Positions 24,852-37,501 of a DNA stretch of 64,000 nucleotides are shown piece by piece. The stretch lies in NCBI GenBank assembly GCA_002633005.1, contig NMRA01000434.1, positions 200,001 to 264,000 on the forward strand, in the 5' to 3' direction. The notes below the pieces were generated by a model. It saw only the letters and a list, made by a program, of their open reading frames with translations, searched no databases and was not told where the DNA came from. Source of the DNA: Phoronis australis. Taxonomy: Eukaryota; Animalia; Phoronida. Position 1 is the first letter of the stretch, and each line of letters opens with the position of its first letter. Position numbers and translations under genes: made by a program.

Positions 24852-26815
24852 TGAGAACAGTACATCATCAGGCTCAGGCTGTTGGTCCATCGTTTCTCGT
24901 TTAATCGTGAATATACAAAAAATACCTTAGCACACAACGTTCCGGTTAACCTAAACACACATACAAAACAAAACAAATAAAAGCGAATTCAGAGAAAGGA
25001 CCAGATGAACTTCAACGTATTCTGGTGAATGTCAAGAATTTCACATCTACTGACTGGGAGAATTCCTGAATGTAAACCAGTTTTGGATGGGCTGGGGCGT
25101 ATGTACCTTTGCATTTGCGTAAGGGTAGCAGACAGCTCACACGAACTATTGAGCGGTTTCGGTTTCGCATATCTAAAATGCTGGAGTAAAACCAAGACAA
25201 AGTGGTAGAGGTTGATGAGCTTTCAGAAATTAGAATGTGTATATCTTGCTGGTCTATTCTGCATCTATTTCGCCACTGAATGACTGAAAATTTCAATCCA
25301 TATATTCTTCATAAGCCTTGTCAGAGTACCTTGACCAACAAGTTGGCCAAGTAAAGCATTTCAAAATAAAAGCTTATTGCGAAATGCACAAAACACCCGT
25401 TTTGGTAAGGGATGGCCGAATTGGCATTCTGATTCAATTTTACAGGTATTCAAAATGTCCCTCAGAAGGAACATTGTAGTGTTTGTGGACTCCTTTTGTG
25501 CTTTATCATAATTAGAAATAATGCAGGGCTTACTGGACCTATCCTGAAAATTTCTATACTAGGGTTTGTTTCCAAGAACAAAAAAGTTCCCTCTGTACAA
25601 GTTTCTTTCAAGATTCTGCTTTACAGCTCTATTTACATCTCTGAAACAACAGTTGGCTAGCAACATTCTATTCGAGTTAACACGTTAACACAAGGAACTG
25701 GGAACATCCTGTAAACTTTCTTAATAAATTTTTGTTAATAACATGAATTGTAAAAGTTTTGAGGAATTCTTCTTATGTTACAGAGATAGCCAAACAGGTC
25801 ATAAATGAGAGAGACTTTAAAATTACTAGATGGTGCTAATGCCAGAAGAGTCCTACATGTATAAATGCATAGATTCAGGTAGCTGCATTGGACCAACAAA
25901 CACATGCTGATGATCGCGCTCTACTCTCAACCTAGTCTTGAAAAGAGATGCCTTCATTTATTAGCACCACCTGGTTAACATTAAGGTCTACTACTTTTTG
26001 TTTGTGCGAGCATCCACTCTGATACGTGCCTCTTTAGCTGGAGATGAATACCATAAGCAAACGGTCAATAACCTGCAGTGTGAAGTGTCAGGCAAACCAC
26101 AAACGGACACACAAATGCATTCTGCTGCCTAGTTCTGGGCTCTCCAGATGCACAACACCCACAGCTAAGTGTGCTGTGCTATATATATATTATGCCCACT
26201 ACATTTATGCACATTTTGGCAAAACTATACACAAGAGTGCACTTAACAATTTGTACATAGATCTTAAATGGACATTTAACCAACATAACAACTATACACT
26301 ATACCACTGTCCAGTGAAGAAATGTCAGGAGAACCAACCTTCACCGAAGGTTTAGTCAACACACTGGCGAGGTGAGATAAACGTCTATATAGCACTGTAG
26401 TTCAGCAAAGTGTTCAGCATAGATCTAAAATTGGTTACACTGGGCAAATAAATACAATGTCTTAGTAAAATAATAAAGAATAACAAACAACAATTCTATA
26501 TGTAATGGAATGAAACAGAGGGCCATAACCATAAGAGACAACGAAAAGAAGTAAATATTCCACCACTGAGTATAAGTAGCATACTGGTACCACATACAAA
26601 GACACTACTGAGCACCCAGAATAAATAATTTATCACATAGCTCCTTGGTGTGGCATCAACAATACGTGTACTACTATGACTGAACATTGTTGGTGTATAG
26701 ATACTGGGCACTCTTCTTTCATTACTGAAAGCATGTGCCCATCAGGTCGACAGTGAGTCGTCATGCGTCCATGTTCAGGGCCCTCCGTCCAATCAAACTT
26801 TTCCAACAAATCAGA

Positions 26816-26935
26816 TCAGCAATGAAGTTGTGCTAGATGCTCTTCAACATTGTCTCCGTACTTTAGCTTGGCTGCTACTGCTGCAACTAGTGCTGCCCCC
26901 TTACCGCTTCCATCTGACGACTCCATCAGTGTGAA
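26816..26935 (-). CDS. HK: Hexokinase alternative terminal exon B (distal)
   Basis: TTACAG|[39 protein letters not shown], phase 0. Confidence 0.88.
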   Translation of the reverse strand, partial: FTLMESSDGSGKGAALVAAVAAKLKYGDNVEEHLAQLHC

Positions 26936-29900
26936 CTGTAACAATACCCATGCAATGGATCACATGACTTCCACGAAGAGAACACCATTTTTACTTAACC
27001 GAATTATATTGCAATCATGCTACAATACATACCGTACGTAAAATTATTTTCTGTCAAAACTGCACACTCTTAAAGAGAAAAGCAACCGCTTTTAAAGTAA
27101 ATTTTGGCTTAAGTTACAATTTCTGGTTATCCCAGATAACTTTTCAAGTTCATTAAATTCCCCCAGATTCAAATTTGTCACTCCCAAAGTGACGATTGTG
27201 TCTTAAATAATTCCCCACCAGCTTTGTTTACATACACTTGGTATCGAATGCACATCATTGTGTACGTCAAGTTGTAACAACTAAGACAGTTATTTGCTGT
27301 TCTCTGGGGTCTTGTCCAGTATGCCTAGAAGTTGTTGAGAAGCAGGATACAAGTAGCATGAGCTCTCAAAAAAGTATAGTACGGTTCTGCTTCACCTATT
27401 TCCAGTGGTTGAGAAGAACCTTTGGAGTTGCTTGTTCACATCACGGCTAAAGAGCTGCACAACTATTAACGGTGAGTTATGAAAAGGACATGCACACAGA
27501 TATCACAATGGTACACACTAAACACGTTTTGAAGAAGGATGCCACACTAATCTTTGCTCTGTTGCCCACTGCTATGAGTGCTTTTGTGAAATGTGCAGAG
27601 CGATGAACTGCAGCCATTGCAGTGATCTAAGTGTCACTCGTGCGTGTGAACACCTCAACGCAGCGTCCACCGCCGGCAACTAGCATAGCTCCACCATGTA
27701 CGTGTTTCGTGTTTTTGTGGTCAATATCTCCAGTCATTTCGCGCTCACTGCAGATCCAACAATCCCACTCAACTGAGTTCTAGTTCAGTCTAGGATTGCC
27801 CGGGAATGTACTTGTTCAAGGCAAAGAACTTTCAAAATTCATCTAGGATAACCATAACATTGCATTTTACCCCAAAGCACCAAAAAGGCTTGCCTTCCCA
27901 TTTGAAGTTGATAGCCACTTGGTACTTTTAAGCCTTTATCTTGACCTAAGCTCTTAAAGGCTATACACCAAAGGGACAAGTACAGCAGTGTATTAGCATA
28001 TCATATCACTGTTGGTCACTTGTGTACATCAATTGTACACAAGAGTATTTCTTATGTTCACATTAATGTAGTTTTGCGCAAACAGGGAGTCCAGCCATTA
28101 AATGGAAATTAATTAAACTATAGCGAAACACAAAAATTAGACCACCATATAGTGGAAGCCTCCCACATCTTTAAGGGTTGGTAGTCACAGCATATCATTG
28201 AACACTTGAAAGCAGTCTTCACTTAGGCACATTTGCTGCTGATTGCAAGCAACAGTAACATGAGATAGGTACAAAGCAGTAAGGTGCAAAGACAGCAGGG
28301 AAAACAAAGAGATGGAGTTGGGTAAGCGGACACACCTCAAGAAACCCTTTTGGCAACCGATTAACTGGGCACCAGCAACTGCCGCCTGACCTTGTGTGCT
28401 ATCAGGGCAGTCAATGCAGCGCCCTTACCGCTACCATCTTGGGACAGTGCCATCCTGAACTGCAACCAATACATGCACACTGCTAGAAAGGGTGAGAACA
28501 CAACAGAAAAGTAACAAGGAGTGTGTCACCAAGTAGCATACAGCTGTGTCGCTTTATCAGATTTTGCATTTCATAAGACAAGAGTCCAGAACTTAGGACC
28601 CTTAACTTGACAGTGGTGTAGCCAGAAATAGTTAACAGGGGAGAGATCCATGCGGCCTCACGCACGCACTTAAATTGTAGTCACAACTTTTTTGCAATGA
28701 GTACAGAGAACTGCGACCCCCTTGCACACCACAATTTATGCTAGTAACCAAAGAGAGAGCATTTAATGTTCTTGAGTAAGCAGATCATCATAACTACTTG
28801 GAGACAACAACCCTTTAAAAACAATAAAACAATAATGGAATGGAGATAAGGAAACAAAAAATTGAAATGAGGCAACTACAAGAAACAAACTGAAAATTAA
28901 CGCAAAAGCAGTTTTACCTTCTTGCGAGTTCCCTGTGGAACGTGTTATACATTGAGCAAAGTAGAAAGTAGGTGCAAATGTACACAGCACACAACAACGA
29001 AAGGCAACAATATTTCACTTCTTACAGTTAGTGCATGTTCATTGGAAGCTCAGAATGAAAAGATCACAATATGAAAAGTTTATGTGTACATAAGTTCACT
29101 TGAGCTGGAGTAAACACTTAATCAAGCAAAGCAAAAAAATTGAAAAGAGAGACTTTAAGTTACCTTTTTACTGTTACCCACTAACTCGGCGATTTTCTTC
29201 TCCATTAGCTCGGCAAAGTGTGGGTGAAACTTATAAAGTGAGCCGTCAACACCGACTGTGATGTTAGGCTTGTGGATTCTGTTGAGAATTGTGGCGATTC
29301 CTGTAGAAGAAAATTTTCACCATGAAAAGGATCAGCCTTTCTGTATTCAATGACAGACTGCCATTAAGTTCAAGGATCTCCTTGCACAAATCCAAGAGAT
29401 TACTAGAAGTTTTCCACTGTACTAGGCAAAACTAAATAGTAAGATCACACTATTGTACAAAGAGCAACAAAAGGCACTGATATGTGCCCATCGTGTGTAT
29501 TGCATACATCACAGACACATGGAATGATCATTATATTGAACACTCCCACTAGATGGAGAAATAGTATTGAACTTAAAATAGTGATCACTACAAACACAAC
29601 ACTAGAGCATTTGTCTGAAAATTACAAGATGCCATCTCATCTGTGATAAAAGCATAGTGCTAAATTTCACAATGATCAATCAAGTGGTTTGGCATATGCA
29701 TCTAGATTAAAAAAAATTGTAACTAGGGGGCACAGCACTATACAGATTTGTACAAACATTGACGAGAGCCGTCCTATCACCAGTACACACATAACTATCT
29801 TTACAAGGTTTCATAGAGAAATAATGAGACGGGTTCAACAATCAAAACCGTTAATAAGGGGTATTAATGGTTTTCAAATCTGCCTGCAAATCAATGTCAG

Positions 29901-32900
29901 CCCTGCTCTCGTTAATAAGTACAAATACCACAAATTTCATGACGCTCCCTTACCAAACTTGTAGTTATTGAGGCAGTTAAAAAAGCAACTACCACTAGGG
30001 GGCAATATTTGGATCCGTCGAAATATTAAGGTCAGCCAAGTGTTGACCAAATGAATAATATCCATCAAATTTCACAAAGATCTATCAAAGAGATCAGTGG
30101 ATGTCAAAAACATACATTGAAAAACTAAAATGATCGCTAGAGGGTGCAGCAGTAACCAGGTCAGAGCAAAAAATTCATTGATGGGATCATCTTTTTGACA
30201 GGAACACACCCGCAAAAGTTTAAGATCCAGGCAAATGCAAAAACTTAAAATTGTGACTAGGTGGCACAGCAATAGTCAAATCTGCTCGAAAGTTGCCGTC
30301 ATCTATCACCAGCTTCATAGCAACACACCTCCAACATGTGAAGATCCTGCAAGGTCGGGATATACAGCAGCAAACGCCGGACAGAGATGATGGCAACATA
30401 CAACCATATAATGTACATGTGGTCTCATAAAATCAATTGTTCACAGGCCATTTTACTTATTGGGCCCAATGCAAACTCTGGTTTCTGAAAGAGCGAATGA
30501 GTTTTCCAATTGGCCTTGGATGGGACACTAGACCATCACAACTTATTTTCAAGAAATGGCCGATACTCTTTTTGTGCATTTGAGTCAACTGGGGAAATGC
30601 AGTGCAACTGCCTAGTTCAAGAACACAACCACAAGACTGCAGCAGCAAGGGATCGAACCCACGACCTTATGGTTGAGAGTTCATCACACTGACCACATGA
30701 GTCATATTAGTACTGACCCACGACTGCATAATATAAAATAACCAATTAAACCACTGTACGAGAGTCATTCCTTCACATACCAGCTGCAGCCAAGTAGGCA
30801 GCTCTAGTGGAGACTATCTGGCAGACATAGTGTACCGCTCTACAGTCGTCAGCTGTGAACTGCTCTATGGACAAGTCATCAAACACCTGCTTGGTGTTGG
30901 CAAAGTCACTGTCAGGTTCGTCTCTGAAATAACAAGTGTGACAAATGTAAACCAAGTACGATGAAACTAAGTGAAGTTAAAAAATTTTCGCCTTGATCCA
31001 CTTAATACCCACATGAGTGTTTGCTTTACGATAATTTAAGGCAACTTTCAGGATAATGAGAAAGCTGAAATGTCAACAAGCGCAACATAAAATGCTGAAA
31101 TGAGCCCACAACAGCATCATAAACGAATGCACCACAGCAGCTGAAAAACAACCACAGGCGTGCTTTTGTCAGCAGTAACAGATCAGTCAATTTCATAATG
31201 ATCCTCTGACCAGTTTGGTGGATAAAGGCAGACTCCAAAAACAGACTCAGTTTGGTGGATAGAGGCAGACTACAAAAAACAGACTCATAATAAAAGAAAA
31301 AGTACTGCAGTGTGTACATCCAATACACCACATATTGAAGAGACGGTCGTTATTTTAAACATTCCCACTAGACAGATTCTAGTGTACTTAATACGAACCC
31401 CTAGGGATGCAAAACAAGTCAGAAATGCTTTTCTCAACAGGAACACACTCGTCACCTTTCAATAAGATTCTTAAAGAAGTTTTCAGGATAAAGAGGCAAA
31501 CGACAAAGGAACAAAAGCAATCGAAAGGCCACTAGGGGGGGATGTAACACGGGTCAAATCTACCTGAAACTGAGCCCTTGTTGAGTGATAGTAATTTACT
31601 TGTCAAATTTCATGCCTATCCATCAAGGAAATTGGTAGATATCAAGGCAAATGCAAACAATAAGGAGTACTTCACTTGTAATTAATCTATTGCTTTAAAT
31701 GTTATTTCCACTTTTATTTAATGACATAATCTGAAGCTGCTATAAACCATTGTTCAAGTAAAATGGCTGACTTCTGTTTTAGATCACTTACTTCTTAAAA
31801 CTGGTACCAACTTAATCTCTATTTGGACAAGTTGTGGTTTCTGCAGGGCTCAACGACTGACAATTTGTTATTGCAAGCATAAAATAACCTGCAGTCAATT
31901 TCATTTGCCTGGCATCAAGCAATAATAATCTGTCACTTCTTTCCAAGTTCCTGAATCAGCTCTAATTTTGAGTACGGGCTAAGTCGAGACCAATTTTGTA
32001 ACAGTCAATGCTCTACACCAAAAGCCAGTTTTTGATAGAAAAGGGTTTTGCTGCTTTTATCATCCCATTGTTCCAAATACACCAAATTTCGTTCAATATG
32101 TTACACAAATGGCAATACAGAAATACTCACGCCTCAATTTCAGATACATATTTTGTGTAGAACTGTCCAGCTTTTTGTAACGTTGCCGACACCTGTCCAC
32201 CAAAGAGTAGACCTTTTTCCGCGAGATCAACGAGCAGCAAGCGGACTATCTCACCCATGTACATACCGGACATCATTTTTTCGTATCTGACATAGAAAAT
32301 AAAGCATTAACAGTCGGTCAATCATGTTACGACATTTAATAAAGAACATCAATTATGATGTCAAATTCAATAACTTATCAGGAAGCAATGACCTATGGCA
32401 CAGTGAAGACACTTATGAGCTGGACAGAAAACAGTGACCTTGGTACAATCCTGGCTTGCTAATGAAGATGAAACTCCTGCTTAGCTGCTAATCAATGACA
32501 AACTAAAGCTATTGAAAACTTCATATTTCAAAAACACAATAAAAACAGATGCAACATTGAAGCATTCACTTGCATGCAGCATGTGACCATTAACCCTGAG
32601 TCCACTTACAACTGTCTTCCAGGGTTTATAGAGGACTCGTCGACATCTCTGTCATATTTTGTTCTGATGCACTCCAGGCAACCACTGTCACCAAATGCAC
32701 CCCACTCAGTGTTGATAATGACCTGCAAGCAGACAGATACACGTTAACATGCAGTTGACGGTGACCTGCAATCAAACAGATACATGTACAACTAGTTAAC
32801 GATTAGTTGATGATGACCAGCAGATATTTTAGTATACATTTTAAAGAAACAGGTACTTGACAAACACTTGATGACGACCAGAAGGCAGATGGATGCAAGT

Positions 32901-33117
32901 TAATTTCCCACTGACAAGAGATTTGCTGATAAGTGTGGAAAAAATAAAGTCAGAAAACAATATTTAATGGTAAACTTCACAATGTTCTCAGTTATCCATC
33001 TTTGCTCCATAAAAAATTATTCTATACTAGCCCACTATCAATGTATCGTCATGTGAGTCAGTTTTTGGCTTAGAAGAAAATCCCACCGTGCAGTCTGAAG
33101 ATGATAACAAGTTTACA

Positions 33118-33149
<32 letters not shown>

Positions 33150-36107
33150 TTTCATATTTCTTATAAATTCTTTGCAACCATCATGCCATAACATTGTTAT
33201 TGCTGTGTGGTGAGTACATTCCAATGATTCACACAAAAACATACAATGTCTCAAAATGCGTGTTCACGAAAGAAATATCATCCAATAATTAAACATTGTG
33301 TCAAGCCAAAGATGCCTTTGTGCCTTCACAATGCAGAAGAGTTGTATTTAGAATGTTTCCTATTCTGATCACATCTTTCAGTCTAAAAGCAATACTGGAC
33401 AGCAGGAAGTAATACTTCTCAGTGATACATTGGCCAGTGCACCCACGCATTCGACAATGCACAAATGTAGAGGGCGATTCATATTTTTCCACTGCAGCAC
33501 TACAATGGTGACATGAGTAGGGCAGGGCACGAATGCTTGGACTCTCCTCTACACACTGGAAACCATAGTGCAACCAAGTACTACCAACCTCCTTGGGCTC
33601 TTTGTGGTCTCCGTCCCATGTCTCCACTTGGTCCAACCTCTCCATATAACAGGCATTGCTACCCGTGCCGAGGATAAGACCCACTTGACAGTTCTTGTCA
33701 CTGTGTGCGCATGACATTAGAGTACCCACTGTATCATTGATCACAGCCACGCACTCCACGTCAATGTCCTGCAAAACGCAGCATGTCGTTATAAATTAAA
33801 ACACAGCTGACAGTAACTCTGGTGAAATTCAAGACAAAACACCAGATCGCCAGGTTGGTCAGTGTTTCACATACCGAAGCATTAGAAAAGAATGTGAAAA
33901 CTATCATAGATAACAAAAACACTTGCTCACAGTTCTCCAACCAGGCCAGTAAACTTGTTGAGTTTATTTAAAGCACAGAGACTGTTGTAGTGGGCTTGTA
34001 GAAGGCCTAAGTAACGTAATTGCCTATTTGACGAAACTTATTTTGCAAAATTCCAACAACTGTCCTATTATTATTATCATTATCATTACTATTACTATTG
34101 TTATCATTAAAGCAAGAGGAAAAGCTGTTGGGAGGACTGATTTGTTTTGAATTACCATTTAACTGCATACATAATGTTTACAAATTCAGGTTTCTGTAAT
34201 GAAGAAATATAGATCTTCAAAGTCATATACTGTTTTTTGGAAAGGTTAGAGTTGTAAAACTTTGAATAAACTAAACTAATTAAAATGAATTATGATATGC
34301 CCAAATGAACCTCGTTTAATGAGACAACCCAAAATACAACTTGGTTAGTTTATAACTGAGATTGAATCAAAACTATAGGAATGCATTAATAAACAAAAAA
34401 TGATGAATATTGTTTCTTTCTGGTTTCATGATAAATGGCAGGCAAACATGTCAAATTGTAATGACCGGAACTAGTTCCACGAAGATGGCGACATTGGTTT
34501 CTGCTTGCACGAGCAATTTAGAACTGACTACACCAAACCGCTATGTGCAGAAATCTGCCAGACATAACCAGACATACACATTCATACTCACCCCTCGTCT
34601 CCTGATGGCTTCATGCAAAAGCTGCACCACGTCCTCGCCCTCTACCCCCGATGCCTTGAACCCCTTCGTCCACGTGACTAGGCGGGCCTTATCGATACCC
34701 TCCTGCTTCAGGGGAAATGAGAAGGTGAAGCCAAGGTACAGTCGCTGGCCTAGAATGTTTTCCTCTGACATGAACTTGTGTATACAGGTAGCTATGTGGT
34801 CGAATAGCTGGAATGAAGACAATGAAGTTAATTAGAGCAACTGTAACAACAGAGTTCCCAATAGTAAATGCACTCATGTAGGTTAGACACAGAATAGGCT
34901 TTCAACAAAATAGTGAAAAGTCATAACAATAATATTCAATCTTCAGCTTTTAAGTTAATTTCACTAAAGTCCAAAACTTGAAGTATCACAACAGCCTTGG
35001 AGAAATCACATTTTTGTTAACCTACCATTAGATTTACCAGGCAAGCCAAAGCATAGAAATTTCTCTTTATACTCACTTCTGACCCTTTTCCAACCATGAT
35101 CTTGGGCGGGATGATGAAAATTTTACTCCTCATGTCAACGTTTTTACCACCCAACTTGATGAGCAGTACACGGAAATTGGTTCCACCCAAGTCCAGGGCC
35201 AAATAGTTACCTGTCTCTGTAATAGTGATGATTGGATAGAAACATAAACCACACAATGTGAAGACATACACCTGGTAATGTGAATACACAGCAATGTGAG
35301 TGAAGGCAGACACCCTGCAATGTGAAGACATACATCTGCTGGATGCATACGAGGAATGTAATTATACTAATTTTTTAAATCCACATTCTGGGTGGCATTC
35401 AGTAATATCCTGATACCTGACTTTATCATACGAAAAAACAACAGGGGCTCACTGAGAAATGGAAACTAGGTTTGCACCCCTTTTGACCTCTGGCTGTTAT
35501 AAATGTGCGGCACATATACCGACAGTGAGCTCCGACAGTTAATCAGAATAACAATCACAAGACACCAATGAGGTCATTCTGGGGTGAGAATGAAAATAAT
35601 GTCATTCAAAATGTCACCACCACAATAACGCAATAAGGAAAGGCTCTCCCCAAACAAGAATTCAAACATGGTGCAAACAGAGCATTGAGTTTTTGCGTCC
35701 TAATCTTCCGTTCTGCCAATCCATAGAGACAATTATTGTTGTGCGTTATTTTCACTTACAGAGCATTCCACTACCAACAACTGTCACTGTACAACACCAA
35801 TGCCTCACGAGGCACAAAAATCTCAGGCTTTTCAAACGCTGATCAAGATTTTTAAGATGGCTCAGGCTATTTCAAACGTGGCTCATGTTTTCTCACCACA
35901 AGGCAAAACTTGGAGAACATTGGTAGAACTTATGTTCTATTTACCTGATCCATCTGGCACCGCTCTGACATAGGTGGGAAACATCTTGACCTTGGCGTTG
36001 GCATTACTATGTCGGCCCAGACCTTCTTTGAACTCTTTAAGCATGAGGTCCATAATGTGCCGGTACATCTCATCGCTGAGCTTGAACTCCTGCACGGCCT
36101 CCTCAAT
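26816..36107 (-). CDS. HK: Hexokinase, single-domain (~50 kDa) invertebrate type; start exon(s) upstream of 36107
   Basis: Phase-consistent GT-AG exons: 36107-35945, 35216-35077, 34807-34592, 33768-33589, 32722-32610, 32286-32131, 30923-30781, 29300-29164, then either 28459-28361 or 26935-26816. Motifs: [80 protein letters not shown]. Confidence 0.96.
28361..28459 (-). CDS. HK: Hexokinase alternative terminal exon A (proximal)
   Basis: TTGCAG|[32 protein letters not shown], phase 0. Confidence 0.8.
   Translation of the reverse strand, partial: FRMALSQDGSGKGAALTALIAHKVRRQLLVPS
30550..30700 (-). mobile_element. Decayed tRNA-derived SINE
   Basis: The minus strand has GTGGTCAGTG...GGTCGTGGGTTCGATCCC (B box) followed by a TGTGTTCTTGAACTAGGCA core-like segment. 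Boundaries are approximate. Confidence 0.5.
33118..33150. repeat. (TAC)n microsatellite
   Basis: About 10 TAC units are visible directly. Confidence 0.9.
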
Positions 36108-37013
36108 CTAAACCAAACAATGGCATCAGATTAGAACAGTGGTCACAATAGCTACCATAACCAGTAGGCAAGACTACTGTAACAGTGAACTTTCAAATTT
36201 CATGCGACATGATAGGGCAGTTTTGGAATAGATCATCCAAGGAAAAAGTGCATATTTCATTCTTGTATTCTCTTAGGTTAGTGCAGCTGTACTGGTTTTT
36301 ACTGGCCTGACCCATGGTCAGCAAAGACTTTTCACTTTTGCTCAAGTGAGACCTCATTATTTTTAAAAAAAAATTGTGTGGAGCATACGATCAAATTTCT
36401 GAGTCACTTTTCACGAGAAACAGACCCCAGTTAAGACCCCACAGAATAAGACAAAGGTCGGTACACGAGCACCCACAAACAAGAACTGGGTTACAGATAG
36501 GCAGAGTGCATGGCACTGGGCTGCCCGCTTGTGGCTGTTCACATGCACAAACACACTATTGGGCCAGTTCCTTGCATGACACCTGATTTATCATCTAATC
36601 TTCACTGGTAAAGGAGTCAGAGGTCACAGTCAGCCATCAGTGTGACCCAGACAAAGTGGCCAACAACAATACAACAACCTAGTTACCAGGTAGCTTTTTG
36701 TTATTACTTCTCAAGCTATTTCCCTTCTCAGAAAAGAAGACCAAAACAAAAACTCATGTTTACCTCATATAGCAAGTTTTGCTATATCACTTTTCCAGAA
36801 TCTGCCAATGGTCATCAAAATCCAGACAAGCTTATAAAATAGTCGATCAATCTGTCTTCAAGACAGCCAAGTTATGCAGAGAAAAATCTGATAACTAGTA
36901 GTACTTATTGCATGATGTAAACAACCTGGGCTTCAAGCAAGGCCACCGCAACTGTAAGTCCATTGATTGACTGATTACACAGAATTACAACTCTCATTGA
37001 TGACTCCATGATG

Positions 37014-37501
37014 GGCCTTTCATACTAACGTCGACGCATCGATGGTTTGGGGAGTTGCGGTCAGTATGAACGCTTAACTCCAGTACTGGATCGAAGTTAA
37101 CAGCTCCAGTTAACATTGCAGTTAACAGGTGGATTTAACAGCACAGCGTTGTTGATGTTGCGGTGTAGTATGAATGGTCAACTTTGGTCTAATCGAAGTT
37201 ATCGCCAGGTCCACTGTTATCGTCAATAATTACAGGGTAGTGCTGTCACTAATAGCTGCTTGTATTTTGCTCTAATAATAACCAAACGATTTAAAAATAA
37301 GTTTTATGTCAATTAGCACATGTAAATGTTCCCCAATTGTCACATTGAAAAAACCTTAGCGTGCAGCGCTACCTTGCGAAAACTTCGATGACTACAGCGT
37401 CACATCCTGTTTACTTCGATGTTCATTAACTACCGAAGCCAGAATGAACGGTCCAGTTAACTGCGCTGTTCAGACCAGAGTTAAATCAATATGAAAGGGC
37501 C
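37014..37501. mobile_element. Harbinger-like MITE
   Basis: TIR GGCCTTTCATA ... TATGAAAGGGCC, with internal GTATGAA and GTTAAC repeats. Confidence 0.6.

Noticed and set aside
27630-27740. Minus-strand GGAMLVAGG resembling a third hexokinase terminal exon
   Set aside because: It lacks DGSG and has no matching acceptor at the homologous position.
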